Shown here: in pieces, positions 12,501-20,273 of the stretch
Layout of the letters: each line of letters opens with the position of its first letter
Position numbering within the stretch: position 1 is the first letter of the stretch
From: Candidatus Woesebacteria bacterium UBA5073
GTDB taxonomy: Bacteria > Patescibacteriota > Microgenomatia > UBA8517
Length of the DNA stretch: 64,000 nt
Direction: 5' to 3'
Assembly: GCA_002415845.1 (NCBI GenBank)
Contig: DIAR01000010.1
Span: forward strand, 12,920 to 76,919
Position numbers and translations under genes: made by a program
The notes under the pieces: generated by a model
The model's database searches: none
The model's input: the letters and a program-made list of their open reading frames with translations, nothing else
Told to the model about the DNA's origin: nothing

Positions 12501-12955
12501 ATCCGGCCGGATGACGGATCAAGCTCACCGGAAAAATAAACGCCAGGACTTCTGACGATTTGGTTGATAACGGCTCTTTCGATGCCGTTAACAATAAAGG
12601 TTCCTTTTGAGGTCATTTGCGGCAAATCACCCATAAAGACTTCTTGTTCGACTTCTTTACCGGTTTTTTTGTTGATTAATGTGGCTTGAATCTTGAGGGG
12701 AGAGGAAAAGTTAATACCTTTATCTTGAGCAATTCTGGGGGAAATTGAAGGTTCTCCAAGGGTATGTTTGCCTAAAATTAATTGCCAGTTTTTGCCGGTA
12801 AAATCATCAATTGGGGAAATATTAACCAATTCCTGGGCAATACCTTCAGTTAAAAACCAATTCCAAGACTCCCTTTGAACAAAGGAAAGGTCAAGTTTGG
12901 GTAAGTTTTTTTCTACTTTTCCGAAATTGATTCTGGCTTGGGTTTTTACCGACAT
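9566..12955 (-). CDS. rpoB: DNA-directed RNA polymerase subunit beta
   Basis: 1129 aa. Conserved rpoB blocks (GDKVAGRHGNKGV, NMQRQAVPL-like region, and others). Confidence 0.97.
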   Translation of the reverse strand: MSVKTQARINFGKVEKNLPKLDLSFVQRESWNWFLTEGIAQELVNISPIDDFTGKNWQLILGKHTLGEPSISPRIAQDKGINFSSPLKIQATLINKKTGKEVEQEVFMGDLPQMTSKGTFIVNGIERAVINQIVRSPGVYFSGELDPSSGRILYKAEVRPLHGSWLEFEVGRNDVIAARIDRKRKVSATALLRAMGVESDSELLNYFKDVDKDAQHKYINATITKDSSKGQEDAILEIYRKMRPGEPAILENAESLFDSLFFDSRRYDLGKVGRYKINKRLSLTLPNEKSTWILTKQDIIETLKYLIGLQNGIGRVDDIDHLANRRLRRVGELVAVNAFRIGLLRLERSVKEKMSLISPDDKPLPANLINARPLIASLNEFFRSNQLSTILDDTNPLSEIDNLRRVSVLGQGGINRERASFSIRDVNSSQYGKIDPVRSPEGPNIGLVTYLALYAKVNEFGFIETPYRKVEKIQKGKKTSVKILDDIVYLAADDEENFHITHSGINIDADGMVLDERVPFRYKGVFTEGPADLIDYIDVTPRQVVGASASLIPFLSHDEGNRALMGSNMQCQSVPLVNPESPVVGTGIESEIAKGMGRVTTARHAGKVVFADGERIEVKLDKKTDDVTYEDTEVKDDGKTEVYHLTKFKRTAHSTCYNQKTTVAEGQKVKEGDILADGPAIEGGELSLGRNMVIGYMSYSGYGFEDAIMVSDRLVKDDLLTSIHIEEYEADVVDTKLGPEELTRDIPNVAETELSNLAEDGIVVVGAEVGPNDILVGKIAPKGETELTSEERLLRAIFGEKAREVRDTSLRIPHGEKGIVVDVRILDKDNGDELGPGVIKKVIVRVAQMRKITVGDKVAGRHGNKGVIAKIMPLANMPYMEDGTPIDIIISPLSVLARMNLGQLLECHLGWALSKGNEKGGLPVFDKLPEDLISDQLKKAGLPVSGKTRLIDGRTGEPFKEETVVGIGYIMKLIHMVEDKTHARSTGPYSLVTQQPLGGKAQMGGQRLGEMEVWALEAHRAPYILQEMLTIKSDDVLGRAKAFESIVKGVDIPEATVPESFKVLIRELNSLGLLVDAKGAVVAKEDEENVEKGQELAVAAGAEIIATEELVKSEGPMEIEEPVVAEKAE

Positions 12956-13065
12956 CTTAAATTCATAGAAAATTCCCGCGGATAGACGCGGGGCGAGCGT
13001 AACAATGAGTACGCCTAAGCAGGGATTATATCTAAGTCACCTGCCTTGTCAAGCAGTAATTTTTC

Positions 13066-14064
13066 CTACTTTCCGATATATTTTCCAACGTTAAGGTTGT
13101 GTTCTTCCAGGGTTTTGGCATAGTGGATTACCCCTTTGGTATCATGGAGATAATAAAGATAATTAGAGTCTTCAGGATAAACGGCGGCTTTTATTGAAGA
13201 AAGGCCGGGATTACAGATCGGAGCCGGCGGTAAACCTTTAACCTTATAAGTATTAAAGGGTGAGCTGAATTGTCGGTCGCCCAAAAGAATGGTTGGCCAC
13301 CACTGGCAACCAATCGTTGTGGCTTTGCACCTTAAGTTGGCCAGCACATATTGAACAGAAGCGTCTACCTGTAGGGGCATCCCCAGCTTGATCCTACTAT
13401 ATAGTATGCCGGCCACGACCGGTCTTTCCGCATTTCCCCGGCTTTCCCTCTCCACCAAAGAAGCCATTGTCACAACCTGGCTTAAATCGTAATCAGATGA
13501 GGCAATATCATTTTTAACCTTATCGTCAACCCTTTTATCAAAAGTGTTAAGCATCATCTTAACAACAGCCGAAGCGGAAGCGTTTTTCGGAAAAAGGTAG
13601 GTATCGGGAAATAAATAACCTTCCTTACCGGATGAAGCCGTCAAGAACTCTTTTCTAAAAAGTTCTTTTTCCATCTCTTTAATCTCCAAGCCGGCCACAA
13701 ACTTCTCCATGATTTCCTCACGTCTTAAGCCCTCAGGAACGGTAACCCAAACTTCCTCCGGTCCGTGAGTTAGCCTCTCGACAATTTTAGGAATGGAAAG
13801 ATTTGGTGAAAGGTTAAACTCCCCGGCAAAAAGTTTAGTTTGTTTTCCCACCAATTGTACGTAAATCTTAAAAACTAAAGGACTTTTGATAAGATTGGCT
13901 TTTTGCAGTTTGGTTCCTACCTGCAGGGCCGAAAGACCTTTTGGAATAACAACGGTTACAACTGCTTTTTCAGAGGATATGGGTTTTAAATTAAGATAGA
14001 AATAGACACCGCCAATCGCCAATAGCAAGAAAAAAGAAAAAAAGACAATTAAAATCCGTTTCAT
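13066..14064 (-). CDS. mltG: Endolytic murein transglycosylase MltG/YceG family
   Basis: 332 aa. N-terminal TM helix, then a YceG-like domain (GYLFPDTY, LVERES...). Sits in the conserved alaS-ruvX-mltG synteny. Confidence 0.85.
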   Translation of the reverse strand: MKRILIVFFSFFLLLAIGGVYFYLNLKPISSEKAVVTVVIPKGLSALQVGTKLQKANLIKSPLVFKIYVQLVGKQTKLFAGEFNLSPNLSIPKIVERLTHGPEEVWVTVPEGLRREEIMEKFVAGLEIKEMEKELFRKEFLTASSGKEGYLFPDTYLFPKNASASAVVKMMLNTFDKRVDDKVKNDIASSDYDLSQVVTMASLVERESRGNAERPVVAGILYSRIKLGMPLQVDASVQYVLANLRCKATTIGCQWWPTILLGDRQFSSPFNTYKVKGLPPAPICNPGLSSIKAAVYPEDSNYLYYLHDTKGVIHYAKTLEEHNLNVGKYIGK

Positions 14065-14070
14065 TAAGAT

Positions 14071-14271
14071 TTAGACTTCTTCGAGAAGAGCCCGTCGGTA
14101 CTTTTTGGTTTTGGTATCGTGGATAAAGATTCGGCCACAAGCACAAACAACTTTTTCTTCACCTTCACTTTTTTTCTCGGCCTTACCTTCACTTAACTCT
14201 TTGCCACAACCGACACAGCGGCCTTGCGACAAGAGCCAAGCTTGAATCGGAGCGATAACGTTTTTGAACAT
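14071..14271 (-). CDS. Small zinc-ribbon protein (hypothetical)
   Basis: 66 aa. Two CxxC-type pairs (CVGCGK ... CACGR). Lies between ruvX and mltG. Confidence 0.4.
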   Translation of the reverse strand: MFKNVIAPIQAWLLSQGRCVGCGKELSEGKAEKKSEGEEKVVCACGRIFIHDTKTKKYRRALLEEV

Positions 14272-14315
14272 AAGTCAGATTAGTATACCATAATGTTCTT
14301 TTGTCAAAAGTGTTA

Positions 14316-14696
14316 TTATTTTTCCAAATAATTCTGAAGCATCACCGAAGCTGCAAAAGCATCCTCAAGAGCCGTTCTTTTTTGTCTTTTCATCCCTGCC
14401 TCTTTGGATAATTGTTGTGCTTCTTGGGTTGAAAGTGTTTCGTCAAAATATTCAATCGGGATGGCAATTTCTTTTTTTAATTTTTCGGTAAATTGCTTGG
14501 TCTTTTCGGCTGTCTTTTCCTCCGAAAGGCCGATAATTATTTTTTCTATTTTGTCTTCGGTAATTATTTCCACCAGCCGTTCAACAAATTTATCCCAGGT
14601 TTCAAACCTGACTACGCCCAAAGGCTCGGCAATTTTGGAGGTAGCCATGGCCAAACCAATTTTTGCCTCACCGTAATCAATCCCTAAGATATTCAT
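14316..14696 (-). CDS. ruvX: Putative pre-16S rRNA nuclease / Holliday junction resolvase-like YqgF
   Basis: 126 aa. MNILGIDYGEAKIGLAM start and the RNase H-like fold pattern of YqgF/RuvX. Confidence 0.85.
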   Translation of the reverse strand: MNILGIDYGEAKIGLAMATSKIAEPLGVVRFETWDKFVERLVEIITEDKIEKIIIGLSEEKTAEKTKQFTEKLKKEIAIPIEYFDETLSTQEAQQLSKEAGMKRQKRTALEDAFAASVMLQNYLEK

Positions 14697-14697
14697 C

Positions 14698-15360
14698 TTA
14701 ATCAGTATATATCCTGGCCCTGACGATTAATCTTTTTAATTTCCTCGGATCCCCAGGCGGAACACAGGTTACCAGAGTTAAAAAAGAATCGCTGGCATTT
14801 TGCTCCAAAACCTGAATATCGGTCGGAAGAACCTCAAACAGATCTTCAACTCTATATTTAAAAGTAATTCCATCGTAATTGAGAACAATATCATCACCTT
14901 TCTTTAAGGTCGGAATAGTCGAAAAAATGGAAATGTAATCCTTTGGATTATAAAAAATAGGCAGGATTGAATGACCAAAGATAACCGCATTACCTTTTTT
15001 CCCTGGCAGGGCAGTTCCTGGATATTGAATAAGGCTTTTGCCTAAATCATCGCCACCAATTGCCACCGTCGCATTGTCAATTTTAAGTTTTGGAATCGAA
15101 AGGGTATAAAAAGAAACATTGGAAGCATTAAACTCTGCCTGATCGGCTCCGCCCACAAACCAATTGCTGGCCCGGGTGTAATCAAGATTGTCATTTTCAA
15201 CAACGGCCTTATTTTCAACCTCTGGACTAATTAGTTTTGGGTATCTGACCTTAGAGGCAGTTTCATAACCAACAATGGGCAGAATCACGGCTGCCAGAAT
15301 TCCTAAACCCGAGAGGGCAAAAACAACGGCAAAAATACGAAAAAGGATTTTATTCTTCAT
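14698..15360 (-). CDS. Sortase-family transpeptidase
   Basis: 220 aa. N-terminal TM anchor. Catalytic His region (AVIFGHS) and active-site TLVTC motif (TLxTC). The start lies 3 nt after the upstream gene's stop. Confidence 0.75.
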   Translation of the reverse strand: MKNKILFRIFAVVFALSGLGILAAVILPIVGYETASKVRYPKLISPEVENKAVVENDNLDYTRASNWFVGGADQAEFNASNVSFYTLSIPKLKIDNATVAIGGDDLGKSLIQYPGTALPGKKGNAVIFGHSILPIFYNPKDYISIFSTIPTLKKGDDIVLNYDGITFKYRVEDLFEVLPTDIQVLEQNASDSFLTLVTCVPPGDPRKLKRLIVRARIYTD

Positions 15361-15363
15361 TAA

Positions 15364-17568
15364 TTATCTTTCGGCTGAAACAATCACGGTGATATTTTTC
15401 AAAACCCGAGGCATGGTTTTTAATTTACCGGGGAAGCTGGGTTTTATTTTAATATTGGCTCTGGTATATCCGGCAACAGCCGTGGCCAAATAAGGATCAA
15501 TTAGGGCCGGATATTTACCCAAAACACTACTTGTTATTTCATCAACCTTCACCTCAGGCAAAAGATTGACACTAAGAATTGTTGTTAGCTCGTAAACACC
15601 TTCTTCCCCTTTAACTAACTCATATTCCGTATCGATTTGCCCCTCTTTAAGAGCATAACCGGTTGGAATTTTACTGTTCAAAGCTTTTTTGGCCAGTTCA
15701 AACATATCGGTCTTGGCAACGGAAACACCGGAAACCGAAACTTTTAAGGATAATTTTAAATTGGTTGCTTCATCGCCAACCTTAGCGCTAAAAACTTTAC
15801 TGACAACCTCGGGTACAAAAGTGGCATTAATTAAAATCCGATCATCGGCTATTTGCTGACCTAAACTCTTAATCGCTTTTTCGGTCAATTCATTGGTTAA
15901 TTCTTTTTCCAACTTGGCCTGATCCTCAGAAGAGACGGAGGGAATTTCCCGGCTTGAACCTCCGGAAAAATTCTGGGTAGTAAGAGCATCAACTTCGCTT
16001 TTCGGATAGTTACCGATTTTAAAAACTTCATTTGCTCCCAGATTATATTCGGAGCCGATATCATAGGCAGCCACATCAACACTGCCCTCACCCGGCGTGC
16101 TGGGCGACAGTGCCGCCGAGACGGAAGCACTGGAAGTAGTGGTAAATTTCAAATCGGAAGCTGAATAAAGAATTGTTCCGGCCGGAAGATTGATAACCGC
16201 CGCTGTTCCGTTTTGGATTTTGACACTGCCTTTGGCTTTTTCTCCAATTGTCTTTGTTCCGGAAGTACTGGTTGTTTTTTCACCCGACTCTTCGGAGGTA
16301 TAGAGTTTTCCAGCCAAAAGACTGCCGTCAAAATCCGACTGGCTTTCGTTGATGTCAACCGAAAGGGTTAAATTTTCTTCCAAAATTTTGGGTGAAACAA
16401 AAATTTCCAGGGTGGCTTTGGGAATAAACCACCAGAAAAGAAAACCACCAACCAGAAAAACAACGGCTGCAATTAAGAGAGCAATTGTTGGTTTTTTCTT
16501 CACTACCCCTCCCAATCTTCTGTTTTCAACAATATTTTTTTTCTTAAAAGAAATCGGGAAGGCCGGTAGTTTTATCTTTTTCCAAAAAGCCAATTTCGAC
16601 AATATACCCGAAGGTTGGGTAGCAGTCGCCACTGGTTGAGACTGAGGTTGCTGGGGTACTTCTCCAATTGGCTCTGCTTTTGGTTTTTCGGTTATGTCTT
16701 CGTCAACCACAAAACCTAAATCTTCCGGGTGGACATCGGTCTCGGGAACTTGAACGTTGGCTGTTTCTTCCGGATAGGCTTCCATCTTTTCTTCTTCTTT
16801 CTTCACCCCTTCAACCTGAGAAATATTAGACATTTCGGAAGCCCCCGCCAGGGCAGTTGCCACTACTTTTTTATCGGCTTCAATGATTTCAATCTTGGGA
16901 GTATGTAAAAATTTAATCTTTTCATTTTCGTTCCAGGAAGCGGAAAGCAGGTTTTGCCTTATCTCCTCCAACTCTCCTCCCCGACCGTTATAAATTAAAA
17001 ACCTTGACGGCAGTGTTTCTCCGGTTACAAAACGGGAAAGGCCTTCAACCACATCGTCATAAACGGAAAGACTCCTTTGAACTGAAGCCGTACCAACCAA
17101 GTTGCCCAATTTAAAAACAGCCAATTCCAAATTTTCGCTACCGACTTCCAAAACAACTGCACTTAAAGGAGAGCCTTCTTCGGCTTTCATCAGGTGAGCT
17201 ATGGCTTCCGGCAGGACAACAAAGCCGGTTGGTTCCAGTGACAGTTCGGTACAGATTTTTTTAACCTGCTCCAAAAACTCGGGTTTAATCTGACCGTCGG
17301 TTACCCAAAAAGGAGGAACACCAAAAACCGTTTTTGATGGTTCCCCTACTTCTTCTGGTAAATTTTGAATGGCGGCCGACAAAACAGTGTCTGACGCAGA
17401 AATTAAATCATCCTCCGTTTCCCAAGGAGTGGCAGGAGAAACGGCCACCATTTCCGCCTTTTCGTTTTCAATTTTCCAAACACCGGCCTGAATCCAACCG
17501 GTTTCAATTACTAGTGCCCAATAATGTTCTTGGGCAGTACCTTTCGATAAAATACTTTTTAAATCCAT
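15364..17568 (-). CDS. Large single-pass membrane protein: N-terminal actin-fold (FtsA/PilM-like) cytoplasmic domain, one TM helix, about 350-aa extracytoplasmic domain
   Basis: 734 aa. The N-terminus (ALVIETGWIQAGVWKIE ... AVVLEVGSENLELAVFKLG) has the two glycine-rich phosphate-loop-like segments of the actin-fold (ASKHA) superfamily. The TM helix is IALLIAAVVFLVGGFLFWWFI, followed by a Ser/Thr-rich extracytoplasmic region. No recognisable C-terminal sorting signal. Confidence 0.35.
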   Translation of the reverse strand: MDLKSILSKGTAQEHYWALVIETGWIQAGVWKIENEKAEMVAVSPATPWETEDDLISASDTVLSAAIQNLPEEVGEPSKTVFGVPPFWVTDGQIKPEFLEQVKKICTELSLEPTGFVVLPEAIAHLMKAEEGSPLSAVVLEVGSENLELAVFKLGNLVGTASVQRSLSVYDDVVEGLSRFVTGETLPSRFLIYNGRGGELEEIRQNLLSASWNENEKIKFLHTPKIEIIEADKKVVATALAGASEMSNISQVEGVKKEEEKMEAYPEETANVQVPETDVHPEDLGFVVDEDITEKPKAEPIGEVPQQPQSQPVATATQPSGILSKLAFWKKIKLPAFPISFKKKNIVENRRLGGVVKKKPTIALLIAAVVFLVGGFLFWWFIPKATLEIFVSPKILEENLTLSVDINESQSDFDGSLLAGKLYTSEESGEKTTSTSGTKTIGEKAKGSVKIQNGTAAVINLPAGTILYSASDLKFTTTSSASVSAALSPSTPGEGSVDVAAYDIGSEYNLGANEVFKIGNYPKSEVDALTTQNFSGGSSREIPSVSSEDQAKLEKELTNELTEKAIKSLGQQIADDRILINATFVPEVVSKVFSAKVGDEATNLKLSLKVSVSGVSVAKTDMFELAKKALNSKIPTGYALKEGQIDTEYELVKGEEGVYELTTILSVNLLPEVKVDEITSSVLGKYPALIDPYLATAVAGYTRANIKIKPSFPGKLKTMPRVLKNITVIVSAER

Positions 17569-17583
17569 AGCAAAACTTCGGAA

Positions 17584-19341
17584 TTATTCTTTGGCAATGT
17601 AAATTCTGACTACCCCACCGCCAATTTTCTCCTGTTTAATTATTCTAACACGCCCGATTTCGGACGTATCTTCAACATGCGGTCCGCCACACACCTCTTT
17701 GGAGAAAAAGTCGGTGTTGGAATTGCCGATTGTATACACTTTAACCTTCTCTCCATATTTTTCACCAAAGAAGGCCAAAGCGCCTTTTTCCTTGGCTTCT
17801 TTAAGACTCATGGTTTCTACCTTAACAGGTAATTTTTTGGTAATTTGCTCGTTTATTAAATCGGAAACGGCTTTTAACTGCTCTTCGGTTAACTTTTCCG
17901 GATGGGAAAAATCAAATCTAAGCCGTTCGGAGGTAATATTGGAGCCTTTTTGCGAAATATGATTTCCCAATACTTTCCTTAAAGCCGCATGCAGTAAATG
18001 AGTTGTCGTATGAAATTGAGTTACTTCCTCCGACGCATCGGACAAACCGCCCTTAAACATGCCGGCCGAAGCTGTCTTGGATAGATTTTTGTGTTTGGCA
18101 AACTCTTCGGCAAAAACTTTTCGATTAATTTTCTGTCCCCGATCCAGCGCAATTTCTTCGGTTAATTCCAATGGAAAACCATAAGTTTCGTATAAGAAGA
18201 AAGCGTTTTTACCATCCAGCTCACCTATCTTTTCAATTTCTTTTAAACCCTTTTCCAGTGTCTGACTAAATTTATTCTCTTCTTCCTTAATTACAGCAAT
18301 AATCTCTTTTTCTTTTTCCTTTAAGGTTGGGTAGGCTTTTTTATAAGAATTAATAACCGCTTGAGCCACTTTCTCCAAGAATGGTTTGGCAATTTTTAAC
18401 TTTTTACCCCAGCGGACCGCCCTTCTTATTAATCTTCTTAACACATAGCCCTGAAGTTTATTGCCGGGAATTACCCCTTCAGCCGCTAAAAAAACGGAAG
18501 CTCTGATATGATCGGCAATAATCCGGAAAGCTTTAGTCTCGTCTTCATAATCCTTGCCTGAAATTTCTTTGATGGCCAAGATTATTTCACCCCATAAATC
18601 CTTAACTAAATAATCATCCGCTAAACCATTTAAAACAGCCGTAGTCCGGTCAACGCCCATCCCCGTATCAACATTGTTTTGTTTTAGAGGAATGTATTTC
18701 CCCTCACTGGTTTTGGCATACTGCATAAAAACGTTGTTCCAGATTTCCACAAACCGACCGCAGTTATCACCCGGACGACAATTACTGCTACAACTTTTCT
18801 CCCCTGTCTCAAAGAAAATCTCCGTATCCGGTCCACAAGGTCCCGTTTCCCCTGCCGGCCCCCACCAGTTATCTTCTTTGGATAGAAAATAAATTCTTTT
18901 TTCCGGAATACCAAGCTTTTTCCAAATCTCGGCCGATTCCGTATCTTTGGGAGCATCTTCATCACCCGCAAAACAAGTTATGGCCAGTTTATCTTTATTA
19001 ATTTTTAAAACCTCGGTTAAAAACTCAAAAGAATTTTTGATTGATTCTTCCTTCCAATAATCACCCAACGACCAATTACCAAGCATCTCAAAAAAAGTGT
19101 GGTGGGTGGTATCACCAACTTCATCAATATCGTCCGTGCGAAGACAAATTTGGTTGTTAGTTAACCTTTTTCCGGCAGGATGCTCCTCACCTAAAAAGTA
19201 AGGGACCAGAGGGTGCATGCCGGCGGTCGTAAATAAAACCGTCGGATCGTTTTCCGGAATTAAAGAAGCTGAGGGAATGACACTATGGCCCTTTTCTTTA
19301 AAAAATTGCAAATACTTTTCAACCAACTCTCTTGAAGTCAT
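17584..19341 (-). CDS. alaS: Alanine--tRNA ligase, short form (catalytic, tRNA-recognition and editing domains; no C-Ala domain)
   Basis: 585 aa. N-terminal class II AlaRS core (FTTAGMHPLVPYF, HHTFFEMLGNWS). Editing-domain HTTTHLLHAAL and CGGPHV motifs. Confidence 0.9.
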   Translation of the reverse strand: MTSRELVEKYLQFFKEKGHSVIPSASLIPENDPTVLFTTAGMHPLVPYFLGEEHPAGKRLTNNQICLRTDDIDEVGDTTHHTFFEMLGNWSLGDYWKEESIKNSFEFLTEVLKINKDKLAITCFAGDEDAPKDTESAEIWKKLGIPEKRIYFLSKEDNWWGPAGETGPCGPDTEIFFETGEKSCSSNCRPGDNCGRFVEIWNNVFMQYAKTSEGKYIPLKQNNVDTGMGVDRTTAVLNGLADDYLVKDLWGEIILAIKEISGKDYEDETKAFRIIADHIRASVFLAAEGVIPGNKLQGYVLRRLIRRAVRWGKKLKIAKPFLEKVAQAVINSYKKAYPTLKEKEKEIIAVIKEEENKFSQTLEKGLKEIEKIGELDGKNAFFLYETYGFPLELTEEIALDRGQKINRKVFAEEFAKHKNLSKTASAGMFKGGLSDASEEVTQFHTTTHLLHAALRKVLGNHISQKGSNITSERLRFDFSHPEKLTEEQLKAVSDLINEQITKKLPVKVETMSLKEAKEKGALAFFGEKYGEKVKVYTIGNSNTDFFSKEVCGGPHVEDTSEIGRVRIIKQEKIGGGVVRIYIAKE

Positions 19342-19370
19342 GGCTAAATTATACCTTTAATTTGAGGGCC

Positions 19371-19631
19371 TTATCCAGAAGAAGGTGGCGTAGGTTGGTC
19401 CTGGCCGTAAGATTCAAGCTTTTTATTCCTCTTTAAGATTTCCAAAACACCAGTTAACTTCTCGGGCCTTATCAATCCTCCACCCAAAATCGCATCTTCC
19501 AAAATTGAATTGAGTCTTTTAATGGCTTTTCTCAAGTCAACAATAATTAAAAAAACCTGAACACCAACGACCACCAAAAGAAAGGTCAGGGCGATAACAA
19601 CCACAATTAATAATGTTTGAACGTTATCCAT
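19371..19631 (-). CDS. Small membrane protein (hypothetical)
   Basis: 86 aa. One strongly hydrophobic helix (LLIVVVIALTFLLVVVGVQVFLIIV). Confidence 0.35.
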   Translation of the reverse strand: MDNVQTLLIVVVIALTFLLVVVGVQVFLIIVDLRKAIKRLNSILEDAILGGGLIRPEKLTGVLEILKRNKKLESYGQDQPTPPSSG

Positions 19632-19636
19632 GGTCT

Positions 19637-20260
19637 TTAAAGTTCAGGCCTTATTGTACGCTTTAAAGTAGTTTCTTTTCCAGACCGAGAAACAGCTTTA
19701 ACGACAATTTCAGTTGTTCCTTCATAAATCTGAATTTCGGTTTTAAATTGTCCTTCATCCTCAACCAAAACCGGCTGATTATTTACTTTTAAAACCACGT
19801 CCTGATCGGTTTTTCCCAAAACCCAAACATTACGGCTTCGAACCACTTCTCCCTCTTTGGGTTCAGTAATCTCTAGAGAAGGTGGTGAAACAAACTTTTT
19901 GTATTGATAACCCAGATAGCTAAAAACCAGAAGTAAAACCAAACTAATACCAACAACAAAAGTAATTTTTGGAGACCAGATAAACTTGTTAACCACATCC
20001 GGCTTCGGGTTAACCGAAAGATCTTTAGGCGGATAATCCCGCCTGAGAATGGCGGCCATTTGTTTTTCGTTTAAATCCAAAAACTTGGCAATGTTTTTAA
20101 CAAAACCTAAAACCACGGCAAAATCGGGTAAGGTCTGCCAATCGTTGTTTTCAAGACTTTCAATAAACTCCTTTTTTATCTTGGTCTCATCTTCAACTTT
20201 TGACAAAGAGAATCTTTTTTTCAAACGGGCTTCCTTTAAGTAGCTGCCGACGGTCTTCAT
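19637..20260 (-). CDS. RodZ-like HTH membrane protein
   Basis: 207 aa. N-terminal XRE/RodZ-type HTH (SLSKVEDETKIKKEFIESLENNDWQTLP), a central TM helix and a C-terminal beta-rich domain. Confidence 0.55.
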   Translation of the reverse strand: MKTVGSYLKEARLKKRFSLSKVEDETKIKKEFIESLENNDWQTLPDFAVVLGFVKNIAKFLDLNEKQMAAILRRDYPPKDLSVNPKPDVVNKFIWSPKITFVVGISLVLLLVFSYLGYQYKKFVSPPSLEITEPKEGEVVRSRNVWVLGKTDQDVVLKVNNQPVLVEDEGQFKTEIQIYEGTTEIVVKAVSRSGKETTLKRTIRPEL

Positions 20261-20273
20261 ATACTTTCTAAAA

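Noticed and set aside
12956-13065. Possible tRNA, riboswitch or leader in the mltG-rpoB spacer (contains a cccgcg...cgcggg hairpin)
   Set aside because: It has no tRNA-like acceptor or T-loop features (no GTTCRANYC). The hairpin is short with no U-run. This is too little to call an element.
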